In this document: in pieces, positions 1 to 7,047 of the stretch | How the letters are laid out: every line of letters begins with the position of its first letter | Numbering within the stretch: position 1 is the first letter of the stretch | NCBI RefSeq assembly: GCF_006345805.1 | Contig: NW_021829123.1 | Location: 1 to 7,047, forward strand | Direction: 5' to 3' | Length of the DNA: 7,047 nucleotides | DNA from: Octopus sinensis | Lineage: Eukaryota | Notes under the pieces: generated by a model | What the model saw: the letters and a program-made list of their open reading frames with translations, nothing else | What the model was told of the DNA's origin: nothing | Databases searched by the model: none | Position numbers and translations under genes: made by a program

Positions 1-503
1 ATCAATAGAAGTATGTCGAAATGATACATTTGTGATCAGATATCGATACCGGGGCAATTTCTTCCAGATTCAAACGATCTAGAAAATGCAAAAAATATTG
101 GTCTTCAAAGCGTTACGTCCATTTTTTTGTCGCGCACGTCCACCAAGTAAATGAGAATTGCGATCGCAGACATTGTTCTCCAGGAAATTAATTAGCATTT
201 TTTGAAATTTCAAGGTCAATTTGAATAAGCACCATGGAGTTTTTCATGCTACTCTAGAGAAATTTAGACGAACGAGAAGTTAATATTTTTTGGCGCAAAA
301 TGTTATTTTGTACAGTGTCACGTACGTCACACATTTTTGGATTCCCTTCTTTAAAAAATAATCATACAATCCATGTACAAAAATATTTTTGTTTAATACT
401 TGCCTGGATAGTCAAACTTTACTGTTTAAAAAAATGAATCAATACAATTCTTATTCAATATTTTCAGCTTAGATATGTCACGTACGTCAGTCGAGGGGAG
501 CCC
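1..503. mobile_element. Possible end of a (non-autonomous) DNA transposon, truncated by the window edge
   Basis: Complex AT-rich sequence with an exact 14-bp direct repeat TGTCACGTACGTCA (316-329, 476-489) and ACGTCCA twice (115-121, 136-142). It ends in GTCGAGGGGAGCCC (490-503; reverse complement starts GGGCTCCCC, TIR-like), then switches abruptly to microsatellite. The partner TIR is not visible. Confidence 0.3.
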
Positions 504-1014
504 ATATACGTAGCTATACGTGCGTGCATGTGTGTGTGTTCGCGCGCGCTCAAGTGTGCGTGTGTGTGTGTGTGTGTGGTGTGTGTCTGCATGTGTATGT
601 GTGAGCATGTGTGTGTGTGTACACGTACGCTTATGTGTGTATGTGTGTAACCCTGCATGTTCGTGCATGCATGGATGTGTACGTGTGTATGTGACAATGT
701 GTAAATGTGTTCATTTATAAAAAAGTATGTTTGTATGGGAGTGTAACAGTGCGTACATATATATATATACATATATATATATACATATATATATACATAT
801 ATATATATGCGCATGCATGTATAACTACGTGGTTGCGTGCGCTCGCGTACCTGTTCATCTGTATGTGCATACATGCATCTGTATGTATGTATGTGAACTT
901 GTGTGAATATGTATGTATGTGAACGTGTGTGAATATGTATGTGTATATAACTCTATGTAAATATGTGTGTGTGTTTGTGCACATCTAAGTATGCTTGATT
1001 GTGTGTGTGTGTGT
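504..1014 (+). repeat. Compound alternating purine-pyrimidine microsatellite: (TG)n with (TA)n, (CG) and (TATG)n segments
   Basis: Direct reading: TG runs at 529-650, TA/TACA runs at 755-808, TATG runs at 880-945, TG runs at 964-1014. Confidence 0.95.
882..943 (+). repeat. 26-bp tandem duplication (~2.3 copies) inside the microsatellite
   Basis: TATGTATGTATGTGAACTTGTGTGAA (882-907) and TATGTATGTATGTGAACGTGTGTGAA (908-933) differ at one base; a partial third copy follows. Confidence 0.9.
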
Positions 1015-1251
1015 GGTATTCTTGTTGATGTAAGGAGGAGGTCGTAATAAATCAAAGTTTAATTGAATTAATTACAGAAGTAATTAATGAGGCATGACTT
1101 CTTTAGAATTTCTATTTTACAGAGGTAAATATTTATTTTATATATATATCATATTCATTGTTTATTATAAGTATTTTTCTTTTTGGTGTCGGGTCGAGAT
1201 TTCTTTTTGCGTAGAATCTCAACTTTTTGGCATTATTCATTCATTCCCACA

Positions 1252-1548
1252 TTGATGATGACGATGACGGCGATGACGATGGGTGGTGTTGGTGAATTGG
1301 GTTGGGTGTCGGTGGTCGTGGTTGGGGTGATGATGATGATGATGATGATAACGGTAACGATGATGTGGGTGGTGATAAGGAGGAAGAGGAGGATAACGAC
1401 GACGACGACGACGACGACGACGATGATGATGATGATGATGATGATGGTGATGATGATAATGATGATGATGATGATGACGACGACGATGATGACTATGATG
1501 ATGATGATGATGATGACGACGACGACAACGACGATGATGATGATGACT

Positions 1549-1607
<59 letters not shown>

Positions 1608-1647
1608 GATGATGATGATGATGATGATGACAATGATGCTATAATGA

Positions 1648-1679
<32 letters not shown>

Positions 1680-1739
1680 ATGATGATGATGATGATGATG
1701 ATGACGACGACGATGATGACGACGACGATGATGATGACA

Positions 1740-1789
<50 letters not shown>

Positions 1790-1806
1790 GATGATAATGG
1801 TGGTGG

Positions 1807-1838
<32 letters not shown>

Positions 1839-1967
1839 TCGATGATGATGATGGTGATGATGATGATGACGACGACGATGACGACGATGACGACGGACTA
1901 TGATGATGATGATGATGATGATGACAGCGATGATGTTGATGATGATGATGATGATGATGATGATGAC

Positions 1968-2012
<45 letters not shown>

Positions 2013-2120
2013 AATGATGATGGTGGTGGTGGTGATGATGATGATGATGATGATGATGATGGTGGTGATGATGATGATGATGATGATGATGAGGGTGGTG
2101 ATGATGATGATGATGATGAC
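1252..2120 (+). repeat. Large (GAT)n trinucleotide array with GAC, GGT, AAT and TAT variant blocks
   Basis: About 870 bp of GAT units. Variants are mostly single transitions, themselves amplified in runs. The left edge (1252-1390) is degenerate. This explains the poly-D/M/H/S ORFs. Confidence 0.97.
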
Positions 2121-2334
2121 AATAGGTCACGAATGGCAACAGAAGGACTAAGACAAGCCAAGATATTGATTGACTTATTGAACCATTAATCAGACGATCG
2201 ATTACTGAATTGGTTAATTAAACAGTTAATTATTTCACTACTATGACTGACTCAAAGGTGAGACAGAAACGGTGGAGGTGTTTTAAAATGAAAAAAAAAA
2301 TCCCTCTTCCAAAATACAAGAGCATATATGTGTA

Positions 2335-2550
2335 TGCTGGTACGTTTGCAGTCAGAGGTCACGGCCATGCTGGGGCACCACCTTCCGTGCGATTTCTCTT
2401 TATTTTATACCCAATTCAAAGTTTCCTCGCCGGAACTGACTCTAGTAGCGTGATGAGTGGCCGAGAGCAACGTGGAATTTAGTGGTTTACTCAAGAATAC
2501 AGCGCATTGCTCGGTCCAAGAATCGAAACCGCTAAGCCACGCGCTTCCAC
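2335..2550 (-). mobile_element. tRNA-derived SINE (head family 1), degenerate, with internal deletion in the tRNA head
   Basis: Minus strand reads GTGGAAGCGCGTGGCTTAGCGGTTTCGATTCTTGGACCGAGCAATGCGCTGTATTCTTGAGTAAACC, homologous to the head of the 2692-2973 copy. A-box TGGCTTAGCGG at 2529-2539, B-box GGTTTCGATTC at 2520-2530. The tail GGTGGTGCCCCAGCATGGCC (2363-2382) resembles octopus SINE tails as I recall them. The left boundary is approximate. Confidence 0.75.
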
Positions 2551-2551
2551 T

Positions 2552-2586
<35 letters not shown>

Positions 2587-2620
2587 GTATGTGTGCGTGC
2601 CCGCGCGTATATATTATAGG

Positions 2621-2671
<51 letters not shown>

Positions 2672-2693
2672 ATATATATATATATATATATAT
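2552..2693 (+). repeat. (TG)n followed by (TA)n microsatellite between two SINEs
   Basis: Direct reading: TG run at 2555-2597, TA run at 2608-2693 with TATG interruptions. Confidence 0.95.
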
Positions 2694-2973
2694 CATCGTG
2701 ACCGACCAAGCTATCAGATGTTGCTACGCATCGCTGGTCACAATGCGCTTCGCATTGTTTTAGCCTTCAAATGATGCCACCCTGCTGGCTAAGCGAGCAG
2801 GCCAACAGAAGAAAGGGTGAGAGAAAGTTGTGGCTAAAGAGTATAGCAGGGATCGCCACCAACCCCTGCTGTTTTCGCTCAATAAACACTCACAACGCCC
2901 GGTCTGGGAATCGAAACCGCAATCCTACGATCGCGAGTCCGCTGCCCTAACCACTAAGCCATTGCGCCTCCAT
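2692..2973 (-). mobile_element. Near full-length tRNA-derived SINE (tRNA-Arg-like head; octopus OR-type by recollection)
   Basis: Minus strand reads ATGGAGGCGCAATGGCTTAGTGGTTAGGGCAGCGGACTCGCGATCGTAGGATTGCGGTTTCGATTCCCAGACCGGGCG. Consensus A-box TGGCTTAGTGG (2951-2961) and B-box GGTTTCGATTCCC (2906-2918) lie at tRNA-like spacing. The body ends GGTCGGTCACGATGAT and runs into (TA)n. No acceptor stem, so it is not a tRNA gene. Confidence 0.88.
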
Positions 2974-3534
2974 ATATGTGTGTGTGTGTGTGTATTCACA
3001 CATTCACAGAAACCTCATCGCGTAGCATTTTGCAATGGTCATTCGTCCATTAAAAGCATAAGAACTGATTATAGTTGACGATTATATTAACTGATTGCTT
3101 GTGAAAACGTTTCGCAACACGTCTTTAACCTTCTCAACGAGTTCTCCTTGACATCTTCATGTCTCGGTGTCAGGTCTTTATATTAATGATGCTGATGCTA
3201 AATGATGTGCTCTGACGATGTATATAAGCATGTGTGAGGATGTGTTTGTGGTGTTCTTATGTATTGTGAATATGTGCGTGTGAATTTATGTGTATGTACG
3301 CATTTTACTCAATTTCTGCTGTTCTGTCAACTGTATTAAATTCATTTCAATTTACTGAGGTGACAGAGAATGGTAGAGAAGGAGGGTTGGGCGGGGTAGG
3401 GTTATCATTACCTTGTCTTTATTATAATATTTTATTTCTTCCATAAATCTCTGTTTTCGGATTTTAGCTCTCTTCTTTTTTCCACCTGTATAAATGTATA
3501 TACATGTGTTGGTGGTGGGGTTAACTATGCATAC

Positions 3535-3686
3535 AGATAGATGGATGGACGGATAGAGAGAAAGAGAGAATGAGAGAAGGAGAGACCGACAGACAGATAG
3601 ATAGATAGATAGATAGATAGATGAGAAGATAGGTAGATAGATAGATAGATAGATAGATAGATATATAGATAGATAGATAGATAGAC

Positions 3687-3733
<47 letters not shown>

Positions 3734-3800
3734 AGATAGATAGATAGATAGATGATAGATAGGATAGATGATAGATAGATAGATAGAGAGATAGATAGAC
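3535..3800 (+). repeat. (GATA)n tetranucleotide array with degenerate GGAT/GA/GACA left edge
   Basis: Direct reading; it produces the LSIY-repeat ORFs on the minus strand. Confidence 0.97.
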
Positions 3801-3887
3801 AATACTCATACGTGAACATATTTTTGGTTGTACAAAGCCTATCAGTCTGACAATCCAAAGCCGGAGCCATTAAATAAATAGAAGAGA

Positions 3888-3945
3888 GCGTATGTATAAT
3901 ATATATATATATATATAATATGTATGTATATATATATACACACAT
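3888..3945. repeat. (TA)n microsatellite
   Basis: Direct reading. Confidence 0.9.
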
Positions 3946-4294
3946 GCCCAACAACACACTAAATATTATTTTTAATTCAACAATATACAATATAATTAAT
4001 GAGACCGAAAAATAATAAAGAATTATTAATTATCTTTCCGAAATATCTTCACACCATTATAAAGTGTAATTGTAATCTCCATGCCTAGACTCTGTGTCTC
4101 TATCATTATATTTTCGGTGACATAATTAACAAAACAATGATAATTCTTCAGTTGAATCAATTGTTATGACTCTTTAGGCGATGGGTTTTAAGAATAATAC
4201 ACTTCCACAGAACCAGATTAAATGCCTTCTAGTATTGACATACGACCCTTTTGAGATTTTTTTTCTTTATATTTTCACGTTTTTCTAATTCTGC

Positions 4295-4420
4295 TACATC
4301 GCCTTGTCTCATCAATCGAGGATCGATGAAATACGTACATAACCCAAGTCGAGTGGACGACATCATCGATTTTGACCTTTCCCAAAATGTCTGCCTCTAA
4401 ACTTATTTTAGAAATCAATC
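4295..4420 (+). mobile_element. Highly degenerate 3' half of a family-2 SINE
   Basis: TCGAGGATCGATGAAATACGTAC...CATCATCGATTTTGACCTTTCCCAAAATGTCTGCCT aligns by eye to the reverse complement of the body and tail of the copies at 5652-5880 and 5996-6182. Confidence 0.5.
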
Positions 4421-4422
4421 AA

Positions 4423-4543
4423 TGGTTTCGCAGACTCGTCAGTTCTTTGGAAGAATAAATGCTTTCTGGTATTTGTTCTGGCTCTCTACGGTTCAGAGTT
4501 CAAATACTGCCGAATTCAATTTGTCCTTCTTCATTTCAAGGTC
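4423..4543 (+). mobile_element. Degenerate 5' half of a family-2 tRNA-derived SINE
   Basis: GCAGACTCGTCAG...AAATGCTTTCTGGTATTTGTTCTGG...TACGGTTCAGAGTTCAAATACTGCCGA...TTTGTCCTTCTTCATTTCAAGGTC is collinear with the reverse complement of 5760-5880. B-box GAGTTCAAATAC at 4496-4507. Confidence 0.7.
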
Positions 4544-4904
4544 ACTTTTTTTTTATTCTTCAATGGCTTCAACCACTGGTTTGTAAGCATACTAAGGTCT
4601 CTCTCACACATGGACAAAAATACAGACAAATATACAAATGATAATAATGTGGAAATGAAAAAATATAATTTATTTCGTTGTGTCTGGGAAGAGTAATTTT
4701 CTTTTAGTGCCTTATAATGTAACACACTCACCGGTAAAATTTCCACTTTTTTCTTATTTTTATTTTCCTAAAATTTTCGTTGCGTCTTGCAACCTTTTCA
4801 ATAGTTTTGACAAAAGAATATGCTTCAACACACGAACTCATATAAAGAATCTTGCAAACCAAATCCAAAATAGAAATATAACTTATTTCGATAATGTATT
4901 TGTT

Positions 4905-5104
4905 ATTATTGGTTTCAAATTTCGGCACAAGGCCAGCAATTTCGAGGGAGGGTTTAAGCCAATTACATCGAACTAATACATATTCTATCGACCCCGAAAG
5001 GATGAAAAAGAAAGTCAACATTGGGGGAATTTGAACTCAGACTGTAAAAAGGGACGAAATGCCGCTAAGCAGTTTATCCGACATGCAATCGATTCTGCCA
5101 GCTC
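4905..5104 (-). mobile_element. Family-2 tRNA-derived SINE, moderately diverged, lacking the first few 5' bases
   Basis: TATCGACCCCGAAAGGATGAAA...GGAATTTGAACTCAG...GACGAAATGCCGCTAAGCA...TTCTGCCAGCTC is clearly homologous to 5755-5874. The tail is TTGGTTTCAAATTTCGGCACAAGGCCAGC. Confidence 0.85.
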
Positions 5105-5467
5105 TCAACATACTTAAAAAGAAGTTTGACAATACATACACGAGCATGCTTCGTGGAGTTGTCAATCTTTCTTGGCGAGAACATCCTACAAAGTAGCACC
5201 TGTATGACAGTCTTCTCACCTCAGTAATCAGTTAAACAAGAAGCATGTTAGGCAGGCCAGTGCTGGAGGAGCAAGGATGAAATATTCAGCAATCTCTTCC
5301 TCTGGCCAGCCAAGCATGGACGTCCGGATATCGGCAGAACAAGAAGAGCGTCTATTGGTCAACTTGTGGAAGACACCGGATATCAGGTTCAGAAGACAGC
5401 AATGGAAGATCGGAAAATCTAGCATGGACGAGTGGCACTTATCCGGTCAAGTCACTCGACGGGATGG
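5104..5467 (+). mobile_element. 5'-truncated, inactivated 3' fragment of an RTE-clade non-LTR retrotransposon ORF
   Basis: Frame from 5104 gives LNILKKKFDNTYTSMLRGVVNLSWREHPTK*HLYDSLL. After a frameshift (from 5252) it gives AGQCWRSKDEIFSNLFLWPAKHGRPDIGRTRRASIGQLVEDTGYQVQKTAMEDRKI*HGRV. This matches the post-RT C-terminal pattern of RTE ORFs (Y-x-RMLR-x3-N-x-SW, AGH-x-x-R, GRP, A-x-DR-x-x-W). Stops at 5194, 5233 and 5420. Confidence 0.85.
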
Positions 5468-5581
5468 AGATAGAGAGAGAGAGAGAGAGAGAGAAGAGAG
5501 TGAAACAAATAGATAGACAGACAGACAGACTGAGAGAGAGAGAAAGAGGAAGGTGGAGAGGGAGATAAAATTAGATTAGAT

Positions 5582-5650
<69 letters not shown>
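5468..5650 (+). repeat. Compound microsatellite (GA)n / (GACA)n / (TTAGA)3 / (GATA)n
   Basis: Direct reading: GA at 5468-5500, GACA at 5516-5530, TTAGA x3 at 5571-5585, pure GATA to 5650. Confidence 0.95.
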
Positions 5651-5651
<1 letters not shown>

Positions 5652-5880
5652 TTTCTTTACTACCCACAAGGGGCTAAACATAGAGGGGACAAACAAGGAC
5701 AGACAAAGAAATTAAGTCGATTACATCGACCCCAGTGCGAAACTGGTACTTTATTTATCGACTCCGAAAGGATGAAAGGCAAAGTCGACCTCGGCGGAAT
5801 TTGAACTCAGAACGTACCGACAGACGAAATACCGCTAAGCATTTCGCCCGGCGCGCTAACGTGTCTGCCTGCTCGCCGCC
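5652..5880 (-). mobile_element. Full-length, well-preserved family-2 tRNA-derived SINE
   Basis: Minus strand reads GGCGGCGAGCAGGCAGACACGTTAGCGCGCCGGGCGAAATGCTTAGCGGTATTTCGTCTGTCGGTACGTTCTGAGTTCAAATTCCGCCGAGGTCGACTTTGCCTTTCATCCTTTCGGAGTCGATAAATAAAGTACCAG...GTGGGTAGTAAAGAAA. B-box GAGTTCAAATTCC at 5796-5808. Several homologous copies lie in the window. Confidence 0.9.
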
Positions 5881-5882
5881 AA

Positions 5883-5994
<112 letters not shown>

Positions 5995-5995
5995 T

Positions 5996-6182
5996 TTTGA
6001 CATAGGTACAAGCCTAGAAATTTTGGGACGGATGTGGGGAATATTCGATTAAAACCCCTGTGTATGACTGGTATTTTATATTACCGGCTGCAGAATGATG
6101 AAAGATGAAATTGACCTCATCAAGATTCGAACGTTCATGACTGTAACTACTACAGCAAGACATTTTATCAGACGCTCTATCA
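5996..6182 (-). mobile_element. Old, degenerate family-2 SINE
   Basis: GACTGGTATTTTAT...GAATGATGAAAGATGAAATTGACCTCATCAAGATTCGAAC...GCAAGACATTTTATCAGACGCTCTA is collinear with 5730-5860. B-box GTTCGAATCT on the minus strand at 6123-6132. Confidence 0.7.
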
Positions 6183-6189
6183 AAATGAC

Positions 6190-6557
6190 AATTTTGGGGA
6201 AGGGTGTCGATCGTAACCAGTCCTTTAAATCGATCCCAGTGTTGAGTACTTTATTTTACCTATCATCTACCCCAGTACTTTATTGTTACTTAATTTGATC
6301 GCTGATCGAACCCACTGTTTCTTTCGTACTTTGTTTTATTAATTGTCAATTACGTAATTTATTGGTACTTTATCTGATCGATTATCGAATCAGAAACTTC
6401 ACTGATACCTTAATCTTTTTATCGATTACCGATATCCAACGGACGAAAAATAAAACTAAACGCAGTGGGACTTGAACTCGAGACGTAAATGGCCTTAGCT
6501 AAATACAACAAAGGCATATTCTGTCCAACTTTCTAATGGTTCCTCCAACCCACCTGC
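6190..6557 (-). mobile_element. Old family-2 SINE with internally reiterated body module
   Basis: Head at 6440-6557 with B-box GAGTTCAAGTCCC (6467-6479). A tail-like ATTTTGGGGAAGGGTGTCGAT lies at 6190-6210. Between them are repeated GTACTTT and ATCGA motifs from the SINE body. Confidence 0.6.
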
Positions 6558-6701
6558 GGCGGAACATTGTCAACAGCAAATTAAATGAAATAAACGGGAA
6601 AATTGAAGTAAATCTCGTGACAATATTAATACAGCTCAATAAATTATTTTAGACAATTTCCTACTCCAGCTTAATTAGATTTTCAATGGGTAATTCCTGT
6701 C

Positions 6702-6796
6702 ATTTTTTTTTTATTTTTTTTTTATTTTTCCCAGATGAATATATACATAAATACATCAATAAATTAATAAATGAAAAATAAATAAATAAATAAATA
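6702..6796 (+). repeat. T-rich tract followed by (AAAT)n
   Basis: Poly-T at 6702-6729; TAAA repeats at 6744-6794. Confidence 0.8.
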
Positions 6797-6861
6797 TAGA
6801 AGCTAATAGACAATGACTAAGTGTATTATTGATCAATTATATTTTCTCATTTTCATATGTA

Positions 6862-6930
6862 GTGTGTGTTTTGGATATCAAGTGTGTGTGTGTTTGTGTG
6901 TCCATGTGTGTGTGTGTGGTGTGTGTGTGT
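6862..6930 (+). repeat. Interrupted (TG)n microsatellite
   Basis: Direct reading. Confidence 0.9.
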
Positions 6931-7047
6931 GTTGAACGAGCCTGTGCACGTGTATATATATGATTATTTAATATTAGCTGGGTAAATAACTTACAGCGTA
7001 CTTTCCAAAGCTCATCTACAGGTGATACGCCGAAACAATTGTAGTGG

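Noticed and set aside
426-1055. HT/VC/YI-rich ORFs on both strands
   Set aside because: Translations of TG/CA/TA dinucleotide repeats, which lack stops in most frames.
1183-2189. Poly-Met, poly-Asp, poly-His and poly-Ser ORFs as real proteins (e.g. Asp-rich shell protein, His-rich beak protein)
   Set aside because: All are frames of one GAT array. Variants are transition-type and phase-independent, and there is no signal peptide or unique domain.
2250-2264. Plus-strand donor-like AAG|GTGAGA
   Set aside because: No matching acceptor or open exon upstream; such motifs are common by chance.
2898-2973. tRNA-Arg gene
   Set aside because: It has A and B boxes, but the anticodon stem pairs poorly, there is no acceptor stem, and it continues into a SINE body.
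2243-3078. ORFs of 64-105 aa
   Set aside because: They run through SINEs and microsatellites with no recognisable domain.
3000-3530. Unique-looking stretch as possible exon or regulatory element
   Set aside because: Only decayed TG and GAT repeats and purine-rich patches; no ORF, splice pair or motif I can support.
3352-3990. 212-aa hydrophobic LSIY-repeat ORF resembling a membrane protein
   Set aside because: Translation of (TATC)n; a well-known spurious ORF type, also seen at 5755-6003.
5277-5516. 79-aa plus-strand ORF
   Set aside because: An alternative frame over the RTE remnant; the RTE homology lies in a different, interrupted frame.
6190-6430. CRISPR-like repeat-spacer array
   Set aside because: Repeats are short, degenerate, irregularly spaced and SINE-derived; the context is eukaryotic with no cas genes.

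Overview
Non-coding, repeat-dense eukaryotic DNA; I found no intact protein-coding gene, RNA gene, CRISPR array or prokaryotic feature. The SINE families, the RTE remnant and the TG/TA/GATA/GAT microsatellites resemble what I recall of coleoid cephalopod (Octopus-like) genomes, which is inference from memory and not a search result. The window holds about 8 copies or fragments of tRNA-derived SINEs from two head families, a decayed 3' fragment of an RTE-clade LINE, a ~870-bp (GAT)n-derived array, three (GATA)n arrays, several TG/TA tracts and a possible DNA-transposon end at the left edge. Most listed ORFs are translations of simple repeats or transposon remnants. I do not see a convincing new biological system. 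The best leads are structural: a SINE whose A and B boxes were fused by a 34-bp microhomology deletion, SINEs embedded in microsatellites, a head-to-head SINE/RTE junction, compensating indels in the GAT array, and a strand bias suggesting an intron of a plus-strand gene.
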